Shown here: positions 50,552 through 61,600 of the stretch, piece by piece
Numbering within the stretch: the first letter of the stretch is position 1
How the letters are laid out: the number at the start of each line of letters is the position of its first letter
Assembly (NCBI GenBank): GCA_027459745.1
Contig: DAIDHL010000005.1
Location: forward strand, 646 to 64,645
DNA: 64,000 nucleotides
Source of the DNA: Candidatus Levyibacteriota bacterium
GTDB taxonomy: Bacteria; Patescibacteriota; Microgenomatia; Levybacterales; UBA12049
Direction: 5' to 3'
Translations under genes and position numbers: made by a program
Notes under the pieces: generated by a model
What the model was told of the DNA's origin: nothing
The model's database searches: none
What the model saw: the letters and a program-made list of their open reading frames with translations, nothing else

Positions 50552-51416
50552 TTTTAACGATTTGAAAGATATGAACACTATCGTTTTGACTTATGAAGAA
50601 GTGGCGGCAATTCGCATGCAAAGAATCCGTTCGGTCGTTTTGCAAAAAAGATCATTCGTGGAAGAGTTACAGCACGTTTACAGTGTGGTAAGAAGGATGT
50701 ACAAAAATGATATTTTGGACTTACTGAAAAAGAAAAAAATAGCTGATACCAGAGTTCTCAATCGCAGAAATGGTAAAACCATTGCCGCTTTTATCGGAGC
50801 CAATACTGGTCTTTATGGAGATATTGTGAGAAAGACTTTCGAATATTTTTATAATGAAGTCCAGGACCATCCTGAATATGATTTAGCGATTATCGGCAGA
50901 ACGGGGAAATTATTAGCTGAGGAATATCAGATGAAACAGGCTATACAATATATTGACCTCTCTGATCAAGCCATCCAAAAGGAAGAGTTGAATGGCTTAA
51001 TTTTGACCTTGTTACAATATGAAAATGTCATTTTATATCACGGAGAATTTAAGAATATGCTGCATCAGGATGCGATCGCTTCCAGATTTGATGAGTCATC
51101 CACTCAACCTGCAACCGATGAGAACTCCGCTGAGACTCAACATCAGAAAAAAGAAAAATGGTTAGTTGATCCATCCTTGGAAGAATTACTTAATTTTTTT
51201 GAATCGGAACTATTCTCTTCGTTTGTAGTGCAGACAATCGGCGAAGGTCAATTGGCTAAGTTAGCCTCCAGAATTGATACACTAGAGCAAGCGACCGAAC
51301 ATATTCAATTAGAAGTAGAAAAAGCTGGTCGCAAACTGGATCAGTTAAATCATGAGATACTAAATAAAAAACAAAACGACATGCTAAGCGGAATGATGGT
51401 TTGGAATATACAATAA
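50526..51416 (+). CDS. atpG: F-type ATP synthase subunit gamma
   Basis: 296 aa between alpha and beta. N-terminal 'IVLTYEEVAAIRMQRIRS' resembles the gamma 'ITKAMEMVAASKMRK' helix. C-terminal helical region. Confidence 0.7.
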   Translation: MKDQAIQNNFNDLKDMNTIVLTYEEVAAIRMQRIRSVVLQKRSFVEELQHVYSVVRRMYKNDILDLLKKKKIADTRVLNRRNGKTIAAFIGANTGLYGDIVRKTFEYFYNEVQDHPEYDLAIIGRTGKLLAEEYQMKQAIQYIDLSDQAIQKEELNGLILTLLQYENVILYHGEFKNMLHQDAIASRFDESSTQPATDENSAETQHQKKEKWLVDPSLEELLNFFESELFSSFVVQTIGEGQLAKLASRIDTLEQATEHIQLEVEKAGRKLDQLNHEILNKKQNDMLSGMMVWNIQ

Positions 51417-51418
51417 TT

Positions 51419-52810
51419 ATGAATACTAAAGGAAAAATAATTAATATTAAAGATCAGATTGTTGAAGTTGAATTCATGGATAGCAATGCACCCAAACTGC
51501 ATGATCTATTGTATTTGGAAGAGGATAAAAACTCTTTACTAGAAGTTACCGGATCCTCAGCTCCCTCTCAGTTTTACTGCATGATTCTCAAAGGAGCTGA
51601 TAATTTTTACCGTGGTGCACCGGTTATAAATAGTGGTTCAGGTCTGACTATTCCCATCGGAAATGAGACTTTGGGCAGAGTCATTGATATCTTTGGCACA
51701 CCTATTGACGGTAAGGCAGAAATTAAAACAAATAACCATCACCCTATCTATAAAGATCCCCCGCCGTTGGAGTCAATTGCACCCAAAACAGGTGTTTTGG
51801 AATTGGGGATTAAGGTTATAGATTTTTTTGCTCCCATGCTGCAAGGTGGCAAATTAGGAATCCTGGGAGGCGCTGGTGTAGGAAAAACTATTTTATTAAC
51901 CGAAATCTTGCACAATGTCGTTATCTTAAACAAAAACAAAAGTGTATCCGTATATACGGGTGTGGGAGAACGTACTAGAGAGGGACAGGAATTGGTGGAA
52001 TCCCTGGCGGAAGGTGATGTCCTAAAGTCGGCTGCACTAATCTATGGAGCAATGGGTGAGAGCCCAGCAATTCGTTATTTAACAGCTTATGCCGGTATAA
52101 CTATGGCTGAAGGTTTTAGAGATGTGGAAAAAAAGGATGTCCTCTTTTTTGTAGATAATGTTTTTCGTTTGGCCCAAGCTGGAAACGAACTATCTATGCT
52201 GGCAAATACCATCCCTTCAGAAGACGGCTATCAGCCGAAATTGGATAGTGAAATGGGTACTTTTCATGAAAGACTAGTATCCACTAAAGATGCAAACATT
52301 AATACTATTGAGGCTATTTATGTCCCCAATGATGATATTACTGACCAGGGAGTACAGGCTATTTTCCCTTATCTTGATTCAATCATTGTATTATCAAGAA
52401 ATGTCTATCAGCAGGGATTTTTGCCAGCTGTAGATATCATGTCCAGCGGTTACTCCAAGGCTTTGACGCCTACAATTGTGGGAGAAAAACATTATTCCGC
52501 AGCGATTGAGGCACAACAATTGCTAAAAAAAGCTGCTTCCTTGGACCGTATCGTCTCCTTAATCGGTGAGTCAGAATTGTCAGCTGATGATCAGGTAACT
52601 TACAGACGAGCACAAAAGTTAAGAGCATATATGACTCAAAGCTTCTTCACAGCCGAAAAGCAAACTGGACGCAAGGGTGTCTTCGTCCCGGCTAAAGATA
52701 CCGTAGATGATGTGATTGGTATCATGCACGGCGCATTTGACGAATTGACCGTAGATAAATTTATGTTTATTGGTAGTTTATCAGAAGTAAAAAAGCCCAA
52801 TGGATCCTAA
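51419..52810 (+). CDS. atpD: F-type ATP synthase F1 subunit beta
   Basis: 'MNTKGKIINIKDQIVEVEF' N-terminus, P-loop 'GGKLGILGGAGVGKTILLTEIL', and a DELSEED-region equivalent. First ATG follows the gamma stop directly. Confidence 0.95.
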   Translation: MNTKGKIINIKDQIVEVEFMDSNAPKLHDLLYLEEDKNSLLEVTGSSAPSQFYCMILKGADNFYRGAPVINSGSGLTIPIGNETLGRVIDIFGTPIDGKAEIKTNNHHPIYKDPPPLESIAPKTGVLELGIKVIDFFAPMLQGGKLGILGGAGVGKTILLTEILHNVVILNKNKSVSVYTGVGERTREGQELVESLAEGDVLKSAALIYGAMGESPAIRYLTAYAGITMAEGFRDVEKKDVLFFVDNVFRLAQAGNELSMLANTIPSEDGYQPKLDSEMGTFHERLVSTKDANINTIEAIYVPNDDITDQGVQAIFPYLDSIIVLSRNVYQQGFLPAVDIMSSGYSKALTPTIVGEKHYSAAIEAQQLLKKAASLDRIVSLIGESELSADDQVTYRRAQKLRAYMTQSFFTAEKQTGRKGVFVPAKDTVDDVIGIMHGAFDELTVDKFMFIGSLSEVKKPNGS

Positions 52811-53078
52811 AGAATATACCGATCAAGTCTATACCGTGACCATTCGCAGTACGGAAACAGTGTATGAGCAGGATTTACCTGTAAGTGCCGTTTCGTCAAA
52901 AAATGTTAACGGTCCTTTTGATGTACTTCCTTTGCATGCCGATTGTATCTCTATTGTGGAAGATTATTTGGCCTATTACCCCCAAAAAGGTGAACGCAAA
53001 TTAATCAATATTCATAAAGGAGTCCTCAGAGTAGAAAACGGCAATGTCTATATCTTCCTAGATACCCTGACAAAATAG
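52800..53078 (+). CDS. atpC: F-type ATP synthase subunit epsilon (beta-sandwich domain only, short)
   Basis: 92 aa. 'GPFDVLPLHADCISIV...GVLRVENGNVYIFLDT' parallels epsilon 'G.LGI.PGHAPL...GG.LEV....V.VLAD'. Confidence 0.65.
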   Translation: MDPKEYTDQVYTVTIRSTETVYEQDLPVSAVSSKNVNGPFDVLPLHADCISIVEDYLAYYPQKGERKLINIHKGVLRVENGNVYIFLDTLTK

Positions 53079-53172
53079 CGATATTGTTCGAATGAAATGA
53101 GAACTATAATTGTCTTGAATTGCAAGAATATCGTTCGAGCATCTCGAGAACTATACCCTTCTTTTACCCTCC

Positions 53173-56100
53173 CTACGGTGTTCCGGTCAGCGGAGCGAAC
53201 ATCATCGCGGCATTGTTGCTATACAACATTTTTACTTGGGTCTGCGTTAGTGCGTAATTATATAGTCTTACATCATCAATTTGACCTTTAAAATAATTCC
53301 CATCTTGTCTCGCTCCGATACGCAAGCCGGCAGCATAATTGGCAAGCGTTTTGGTCATAGTTGCTGTACCAATAGATACGCCATTAACATACATAACTGC
53401 TGCTGTACCAGCTTGAGTTATTACAACATGTGACCAAGTATTTAGAGGCAAACTATAATTTACTGACATGAGTGAGGCGCCGGTGTTACTTACTACCCAG
53501 ACGATTTGTTGCGTGCCACTGTTGTTGTACATTTCCAACACATAACCAGTTGTATTACCAGCATCATCGCGTTTATCGATGAGTCCATATACATTTCCAC
53601 TTGTTGGGTAGGAGCTAGGTTTTACCCAAAATGAGAGCGAAATATTGGAAGGCGTAAGCGCTGTATTGTCGGGTATGTTGGCATAATCATCGGTACCATC
53701 AAAGTTGAGGCTGGAATTGAATTTGCCATTCACTCCATTGTACCAAGCAGATGTAGATAATCCATCATTGCACGTCCCGGGAGATGTTTGTGAACCACTC
53801 GCACCAATAGTCAATGTTCCGTTGTATCCATTACCTGAGCTATCCCCAAGCAGATTTCCCTGACAGTCATCAAATTTCCACCAAGCCAACGGCGCTCCAC
53901 GATTATAATCCCAAAGGATTTGGGCAGCGCTTCGAGCATAACCATAAATTTTAAAACCTGAAATATAACCCTGTAAATAACCTCCACCTGTTTCTGCATC
54001 CGGCGCTCCTAAGAGAATGCCTTCTGTAACACTGGGTAATACTCCACTCAGTGAACCAGTTCCATCAGCATTCCCATCAACATATGTTCTAACCGTTGTG
54101 CCATCCCATGCACCAACTATAAAATGCCAATGATTATCGTTTATAGTACGAGATGTTACTGAACTTGCAGCTGATCCGCCGGAATTAAATGGAGTAAAAC
54201 GCAAAGTTCCATTCTGAGCTAGCAAAAATTGCCATACTCTAGTAGATGTTGTTGACATGTCTCTATTAACGATTTGATTTCCATAGCTGGTACCTGGCAC
54301 TTGAGATGTTTTTATCCAACCTTCGATAGTAACATAACTCATAGTGGGTAAACTTGATATGCCTACATAATTATTTGAACCATTAAGATAGGATAATTCT
54401 TGCTCAAGTCCATTAGGTCCTTTCGTAAAAAACCATTGATTTCCCAGAGTTCCATTCCAGGTACCATTATTTCCATTACCACTTGTATCATTAACTGTAA
54501 TCCCTTGTCCTTCTTGAAAATTCCACTCTCCCACTGGCGCAGCACACGAAGATGTATCACCTGGGACACAATATAGTTGATTTTGCGCTTGCGGCTGGTA
54601 GGTAGAAGAAGTACCCAAGACGCCGGCGGTAACACTCGAGCCTTGGTTGTAATAATCAGACTTAATTTGCCCTGCTGTGAGAGAATAGTTATACACTCTG
54701 ACTTCATCAATCGATCCATCCCAGATAAAATTACCGCTATTGGTGAAATTTCCAATATACGTTTCCGTAATTGGATTACTTAAGAATGTTCCATTCCAAG
54801 AAGATGTTGCACTCAGCGCACCATTGACATACAGAGACAATGTGCTGGTAGAGCTATTTGCAACCGCCGTGAGGTAATACCATTTCCCAATCGTCGGAGT
54901 AAAGTTAGCTTCTACCTCTGTCCAGATATTACCACTTTGGTCTATACCTGTGCGGAATTTATTACTAGTATCTCTTTCAATATTTAAGATTGATCCTATG
55001 GAATTATTCTCTGCATAGATCGCATTTTCTGTCCCGTCGTTATCATTAGACTTGACCCAGGCGCTAATCGTAAAGTTACTGGTATTCGCAACGATAGAAC
55101 CATTATAAGGAACGGCATACTGACTACTGCCATTCAGACTGAGTGCTTTCCCATTCACCGCGTCATTGGTCCACACCGGAGTACCGACAAGTGATGCATC
55201 ATAGGTACTTCCACCACTCCCACTATTGTGAGCAGTCGTGCCATAACCTTCATTAAATTTCCAATAACCTACTGGCCCAGCCCGGCTCCCAGCATCTACC
55301 AAATTGGTATCTCCTTCATTCATACCCTGCAAGACCTGAGTTTGAGAAATAGGATAATTATATATTTTTACTTCATCCATACTCCCGATGAAATGATTAT
55401 TCCCGTTCACATCAGTTCCCATATAAAGTGGCACACCTTGATTTAACAAAAAACTACCGGCTGAAGAGAGATCAGCTGTTGCTGGATAGTTTATTCCATT
55501 GACATACAGACTGATTGATGAACTTGCAGCGTTCCATACCATTGTAATGTATTGCCATTTTCCACCCGTCATAGTTGTATTTGTATGCACATTTAACTTT
55601 CCACCACTTGTATACACAGCCGCACACAAACTTTGCCCGGTTGCACCACTATATGCATTTCCACATTCTGAGATTACCCAACCATAACCTGTTGAGCTGT
55701 TTTGTGCAGCAAATATTTTTTGGGATACATTACCAGTTGGAGGTAATATCCAAGCAGACAGAGAAAAACTACCTGCGTTAAATGATGTACTGGTAGAGTT
55801 AGGAATGGAAATATTAGTAGTTCCGGGGAAAACACCTACTTCACTGTCAAACGCACCATACTTGCTAAAGGAATAATTTGAACTGGACCAAGTTCCATTA
55901 TTTCCATAACCTGATAAATCTTTTAATGTGTTTCCACTTCCTTCCTCAAAGTTATAGTATGCCACAGGCCCGGGCGTGTAACTATATAAATTCTGTACAT
56001 CTGTACTAGATAAAACACGGTTATAAACACGCATTTCATCAATCGATCCATTAAAAACTGCTCCTGCCCCATATGTGGCACCAATTTCGATGTTATAACT

Positions 56101-58644
56101 TGTAGTTATCGATGAAGTCAAACTATCATGTATAACAGTCATTGCTAATAATTTATTATCCAGGTATATTTTCATTCCAGCGGCTTTGCTAGATCCATCA
56201 TATGTCTCTACAATATGATGCCATTTACCATCATTCACAGTCACCGTACTTTGCTCGGAAATGAGGTTCGTGGTAGCATAATTGCTCGTCAAGCCCACTA
56301 TAATATAACCCGAGCTAGTTAATTGCAAATCCCATCCTTGATAAGCTGGCCCTCCTCCAGCTTTGGCAATAATAACAGGATTGGTAGAGACATTACTCGT
56401 CTTAATCCAATTACTTATAGAAAAAGTGTTCGTTCGGTCAAAGTTCATGCTACTGACATTGCCAGCATTTATATATTGAGTCGTCCCATTAAATGTTCCT
56501 GCATCTCCATATACACCACCTACAGTGGGTGTGCTACTATAACCCACGCCTGTCGCATTATTGCCATTCCCACTTGAATCAGTTACTTCACCAGAAACAT
56601 TATTATATGAGGCCTCATCCATTTTATAGTATGCTAACAAACCATTACTTAAAGTATAATTAGTTGACACGCCTAAAACTTCGCTTCCACTAATCGTAGT
56701 TCCACGACTGTTATAATCAGCCAGCACTTGTCCCAAAGATCTTGCATATCTATAATATTTCACCTCATCAATATATCCCTGAAAGTACTGTACATTGCCC
56801 ATTGCATACCCAATGTACGCACCCCCCAGAACTGTAGTTAAAGTGGTCGAAATACTTCCCGCATTCACGCCATTGATATACGCAGTTAAGACAGAACCTG
56901 TATATGTTAATTCAACGTGATTCCAATAATTTAAATTTAATTTTGAATTAGTAGTTAAAATATCATTACCATATCTGCCAATTTTAAGAGATCCATCCCC
57001 AGCCGCGCCATTTTCAGCAATAATCAGAGCATTATTGGTACCACTGGTTCCATAGGCAAAAGGAGTACCATAATTACCGGAAGCAAAAACAGTTGGTTTT
57101 ACCCATAGAGAAACAGAAAATGGATTGGCACCGGAAGCAAATTTACTGTCAGAAGCCGTAACGGCACTGCTGGCTCCATCAAAATACAAACATTTTCCGC
57201 TTATACATTGACTCTCTTGCTGCCAGGTAGGCTTTGTGGTACCGGATAACGTGGCATTATTTTTATTCGATGTGCTGTCATATGCTGTAACACCTTGCCC
57301 ATCATCAAATTTCCAATACGACACCGGTGCAGTACCCACCTCTTCTGATTGGAGAGAGTAGGTTATGTTATCGCCCGCTGTTTGAATAGCATAAGTATTT
57401 TTATAATCTAAGGCTACTTGTTGAGGGGTACGAACGTTATTATAAACGTGTACATCGTCTATCTGACCATTAAATAAACTGTCACCCGTCCATGAATTAT
57501 AACCGCTAATTTGCACAGGACCAGTGGTTAGTACACTACCACTAAGTGTATTAAACTGTGTAGTTGTAGATTGAGCTACGCCATCAATATATATAGAGAT
57601 TCCAGATGGAGAAGAGTTACCATTATATGTCGCAACTACATAATGCCAACTACCATTATTGACAGTTCCGGTTGTGTTGACTGATAGCTCATTTGAACTA
57701 TATGTATTAGTTAAATTAAGATTAACAGTACCCGATGTTGTTACTAAAAAAAAGATTCCCGGCCAAACGTTATTGGTTGTAAGAGCCTTGGAGTAAATAA
57801 TTTGCTGAGCGCTTGATGAGGTTTTAATCCAAGCTGTCAAACTAAAAGTATTGGTCTTGTCAAAAGCTAGAGTACTAACATTACCCATAGAAAGATATGC
57901 ATTGGTCCCATTGAATGTAGCATCTGAGCTATAAACTCCTGTTCCCCAGCTAGTTGTCCCACTCCAAGAACCATTATCAGCATATGCTGTAGAATCAATT
58001 GCTGATGTACCACTACCGTCATTCAATGTCCAATATCCCAGTAACCCGACTACATTATCAAAACCTTGAGTGGTTGAACCGGCTTTGGCGCTGGGGTTTC
58101 CGTAATACATATAAATATTATTAGTACCCGCTTGGAGACTATCGATCATTACCCAAACTTTGGTCGATGTTGTATTACAGCCCGAGTCAATATAATAACT
58201 TAAATTCTTCCCGCCTTCATTCGTAAAGCGTAGATCCTGACAATTGCTTTGCAATTTACCGGCAGAAATAAGTGTAGAAGTATTAAGTGCAAATGATTTC
58301 TGTATATTACTAACCGTAGCTCCTGTTGAATTGGTCACAATAATTCCTTCGCGATATGACCAATTGTTATCAAACCAAGCAGCTTGCACTGGTTTGATAT
58401 TTAACATTACCGTTATAAAACCTATCATCGAGAACAGAAAAAGAGAACCAATTATCAAGTATGAGTATTTGGTATGTGGTATTTTGTATTTGGTACGCAA
58501 CCCTTTCGTCATTGCAAGGAATCCCGATTTATCGGGAGACCGAAGCAATCTAGTCAATGATCTATTCTTTCTAGATTGCTTTACTAATGTTCGCAATGAC
58601 AGATTTATTTTAATTTTTAATAAATTCTTAAATCTTAATTTCAT
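53173..58644 (-). CDS. Giant membrane-anchored surface protein: DUF2341 domain followed by about 8 LamG (concanavalin-A-like lectin, Laminin_G_3) domains
   Basis: 1823 aa. N-terminal TM 'YLIIGSLFLFSMIGFITVML', then 'AAWFDNNWSYREGIIV' (the DUF2341 WxxxWxxR motif). Repeated LamG C-terminal motifs: 'FNGQIDDVHVYN', 'FNGSIDEMRVYN', 'FIGSMDEVKIYN', 'WDGSIDEVRVYN', 'LQGYISGFKIYGYARS', 'FKGQIDDVRLYN'. Alternative start 'MTKGLRTKYK' at 58512. Confidence 0.8.
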   Translation of the reverse strand: MKLRFKNLLKIKINLSLRTLVKQSRKNRSLTRLLRSPDKSGFLAMTKGLRTKYKIPHTKYSYLIIGSLFLFSMIGFITVMLNIKPVQAAWFDNNWSYREGIIVTNSTGATVSNIQKSFALNTSTLISAGKLQSNCQDLRFTNEGGKNLSYYIDSGCNTTSTKVWVMIDSLQAGTNNIYMYYGNPSAKAGSTTQGFDNVVGLLGYWTLNDGSGTSAIDSTAYADNGSWSGTTSWGTGVYSSDATFNGTNAYLSMGNVSTLAFDKTNTFSLTAWIKTSSSAQQIIYSKALTTNNVWPGIFFLVTTSGTVNLNLTNTYSSNELSVNTTGTVNNGSWHYVVATYNGNSSPSGISIYIDGVAQSTTTQFNTLSGSVLTTGPVQISGYNSWTGDSLFNGQIDDVHVYNNVRTPQQVALDYKNTYAIQTAGDNITYSLQSEEVGTAPVSYWKFDDGQGVTAYDSTSNKNNATLSGTTKPTWQQESQCISGKCLYFDGASSAVTASDSKFASGANPFSVSLWVKPTVFASGNYGTPFAYGTSGTNNALIIAENGAAGDGSLKIGRYGNDILTTNSKLNLNYWNHVELTYTGSVLTAYINGVNAGSISTTLTTVLGGAYIGYAMGNVQYFQGYIDEVKYYRYARSLGQVLADYNSRGTTISGSEVLGVSTNYTLSNGLLAYYKMDEASYNNVSGEVTDSSGNGNNATGVGYSSTPTVGGVYGDAGTFNGTTQYINAGNVSSMNFDRTNTFSISNWIKTSNVSTNPVIIAKAGGGPAYQGWDLQLTSSGYIIVGLTSNYATTNLISEQSTVTVNDGKWHHIVETYDGSSKAAGMKIYLDNKLLAMTVIHDSLTSSITTSYNIEIGATYGAGAVFNGSIDEMRVYNRVLSSTDVQNLYSYTPGPVAYYNFEEGSGNTLKDLSGYGNNGTWSSSNYSFSKYGAFDSEVGVFPGTTNISIPNSTSTSFNAGSFSLSAWILPPTGNVSQKIFAAQNSSTGYGWVISECGNAYSGATGQSLCAAVYTSGGKLNVHTNTTMTGGKWQYITMVWNAASSSISLYVNGINYPATADLSSAGSFLLNQGVPLYMGTDVNGNNHFIGSMDEVKIYNYPISQTQVLQGMNEGDTNLVDAGSRAGPVGYWKFNEGYGTTAHNSGSGGSTYDASLVGTPVWTNDAVNGKALSLNGSSQYAVPYNGSIVANTSNFTISAWVKSNDNDGTENAIYAENNSIGSILNIERDTSNKFRTGIDQSGNIWTEVEANFTPTIGKWYYLTAVANSSTSTLSLYVNGALSATSSWNGTFLSNPITETYIGNFTNSGNFIWDGSIDEVRVYNYSLTAGQIKSDYYNQGSSVTAGVLGTSSTYQPQAQNQLYCVPGDTSSCAAPVGEWNFQEGQGITVNDTSGNGNNGTWNGTLGNQWFFTKGPNGLEQELSYLNGSNNYVGISSLPTMSYVTIEGWIKTSQVPGTSYGNQIVNRDMSTTSTRVWQFLLAQNGTLRFTPFNSGGSAASSVTSRTINDNHWHFIVGAWDGTTVRTYVDGNADGTGSLSGVLPSVTEGILLGAPDAETGGGYLQGYISGFKIYGYARSAAQILWDYNRGAPLAWWKFDDCQGNLLGDSSGNGYNGTLTIGASGSQTSPGTCNDGLSTSAWYNGVNGKFNSSLNFDGTDDYANIPDNTALTPSNISLSFWVKPSSYPTSGNVYGLIDKRDDAGNTTGYVLEMYNNSGTQQIVWVVSNTGASLMSVNYSLPLNTWSHVVITQAGTAAVMYVNGVSIGTATMTKTLANYAAGLRIGARQDGNYFKGQIDDVRLYNYALTQTQVKMLYSNNAAMMFAPLTGTP

Positions 58645-58685
58645 AATTCTTTATTTATAAGTCCCAATTAAATCGTATCCACCCC

Positions 58686-61600
58686 CTAGTTAATGATCCA
58701 CCAGTTAAAGACAACCGGCGTATTCTTTGGCGTGTCCATATCAACGGTAAATGATGTTTTGGCTGACTTCTTAGTTACATATAACGCTCCTGATCCCTTG
58801 GTTTGTGAAGTCACAAAAATAAGCGAAGTTGATGAAACAATATTGGTAGGAATCGTTACACTAGTCAGACCTGCAGAAATTGTCGCCACTCCCACACTTG
58901 GATTCAAAGCATCAGGTGTAATATTTACCTTGCTGGCAGTTAATGTTCCCTGCAAGCTTACATCTCCCGTCGTACTAATTATTACACTGCTACCTTCCAA
59001 TTGAATGTCAGCTAAAGCTTCTGACTGTAATTGCAAAGGCTGACCAAGACTATCAATCTTGCCATTTAATCCATCGATTGTAATCAAGCCGTCAGTAATT
59101 ATTCCAGTCACTCCTACATCATTAAGAGTAGTTCTCCCACCCACCATCAGATCACCAGAAATTGTGGCTGTCTTGATATCCAGTTGGTCCGAGCTAGCAA
59201 AATTAGCTGAACCGGTGGCAAATAATTGATTTGGTAATGCGCTCATGGTAGCATTTTCCAAAGCTGATAATCGAGCAGACAGTGAGGCAATCAAGGCTGC
59301 GTGGTCATCAAGTGTGGCATGGATGGCAGTATTATCTGTTTGCAAACCAGCGACTTGTTGCTCTAAGGTTGGCGTACCCGTGGTACCAGAATTAGGCGTG
59401 GTGGTCGAAACATTTCCACTACTGGTTATATATACGGTTGGATCATACCAAGACACATTTGAATAGACGAGAATTGTCCCTACATCATTGGGGTTAGAAT
59501 CGCTATAAATAGCTAATGCTCGACCGATAATTACTCCTGCAGCAGTTGCTTTGACTGCCACTCCGGGAGTAGATGAGGATGTCAAAGGATCACCAACATT
59601 AATTGTTCCATTTGCACTACTCACATTCACGGGAACTCTTCCAACCAAAGCGACTGGATATAAATTTGGATGAGTAGAATCAGTCTTGGCTTCTGAGTTA
59701 ACAGTTACACCAGGACTACTGGAAATTATTCCCAGTAACCCAGTTTGATTTTGAGAAGTGGCCTTTACAATAGCATTGGAATTACCGTCATTTGCCATAA
59801 CTACCACATCGCCAGGAATAAGTGTTTGAGAAGAAATATAATTTTCCGCTACGTCTGCTCCAGTAATTGTCGTCGAAGTAGCATAAATAGTTCCTGCTGT
59901 ACTTCCGGAACACGCGGTAGACATCGTTGCCTTCACACAAAGAGACGCGACGATACGTGTATTACCGCTATTATCAATTCTAAAGAGAGGCGTCCCAGAT
60001 GAACTGGCAGTAAATATATCTGCTGATTCTGTTTGATTGAGCGTTAAGAGAGCCTTGCCAAATACTTGACTGTTTGTCATATAGGCTTGACCAAACAAGT
60101 TTGGCGCGATTGGCGGATTTTGCGCCCCCAAGACAAATTGTCCGGAAACAGTGGCCGCCCCTGTAGTCATAAATGATTCAGCATCCGCTACCACCATACC
60201 CTTGTTGTATGGGTCTAGAATCAAATTACTCGAATTGAACGGTTCACCCGGACGAATATAAATATTGGAAGAAGACTTAATAAATGAATTCATCGGATTG
60301 GTCAAATTAATATCATATGCCACAGATAAATCACCCGGTGTAGTCACTTGTAATGGTTCACTGGCAATGACCTGATTTTGTGTCACAGCAAACACACTGG
60401 TGCCGGCATTTTGTACATTGAAGATATTAGTTAGAGTTCCATTAGAACCCACATTCAAATCCAATAAATCACCCGTGGCAGTAGTAGCAACCGTGGGGTT
60501 CCATGCGAGACTTGACAAGCCACCCGTAAAGGCTGAGTTACCGGTATAGCTAAGATTTAACAAACTGCCTGAAGTCAAAGCATTTGAATTGGAAACCAAT
60601 GAAAGTTCATTGCCGGTAGTTAATAAATTGGCACTAAGAGTAGCCACGTTGCCGGTGGTTTCGGAACTGGTTTGAATTAAATCACCATTATATACGTTGA
60701 ATGCGAATTTGGCAGAAGAGGTTGCGCTACCGCCAAATAACACATCTTGCGTTAAATTACCTTCGGTTATCAAAGCACCAGTCGAATTAAATGGACTACT
60801 GCCTCCTCCACCACCACCCGGACAACTGGCACTACCTGTGACAATACCATTTACAGTGGTGACACAAGCCGCACTGGCAATCGTCGCCCCGGCATTACCA
60901 TTCATCGTCAAACTCCCTGTGGACAAAGCCAAAACTCCTGTCCCATTGCCAGCCTTCAAGGTCAGATTGCCAGTCGTCGCATTCCCGATATTCAAACCCT
61001 GGTTGGCAGTGGTAGCCAAAGTACCATCGGCAGTAATATATAATCCACCAGCTACTCCGGCCGAAATACTTGCAACTGGTGTTCCTGAATTCACATTTAT
61101 GAAAGCAAATTTAGCTGAGGGAGTAGAAACTCCTCCAAGCAGTAAATCTTGTGTGGTAATAGCCTCGCTTATTGTCCCTCCGATAGAGTTTAAAATATTT
61201 GCTCCACCGCCACTTGGACAAGCACCACTTCCGGTAACAATACCACCTACTGTCGTGACACAACCGGCACTTGCAATCGTCTGTCCTACACTACCACCAG
61301 CATAAAAAGTATTGGCAAAAATGTTCCTAAAAGCTATTGCACTCGTACCCAAATCTGTAACGTTATTACTGTTTGGACCTACATACCCACCAGCTATATT
61401 ATTTAAAGGTGCTAATAAAATATTTCCAGTTGTAGCAGAACCAAGCGTCAAGCTATGATCGTTGGTCGTAGCCAAAACTCCCAACCCAGTCAGATAGGCT
61501 GCATTATTTCCACTAGCCGCAGAGATACTGGCAGTAGGAGTTCCCGAATTAATATTTATAAATGCAAAATCTGCCGAAGCTGTTGAAGTTCCACCCAACA

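Noticed and set aside
53079-53172. Looked for a rho-independent terminator after atpC
   Set aside because: Only imperfect repeats ('gagaactata' direct repeat; partial 'ttcgag/ctcgag' complementarity) and no clean stem-plus-U-run. Termination here may be overlapping or convergent with the giant gene on the opposite strand.
54363-56577. Several 60-130-aa ORFs on both strands inside 53173..58644
   Set aside because: All embedded in the 1823-aa LamG-array gene, whose reading frame is continuous and domain-coherent. These are frame artefacts.
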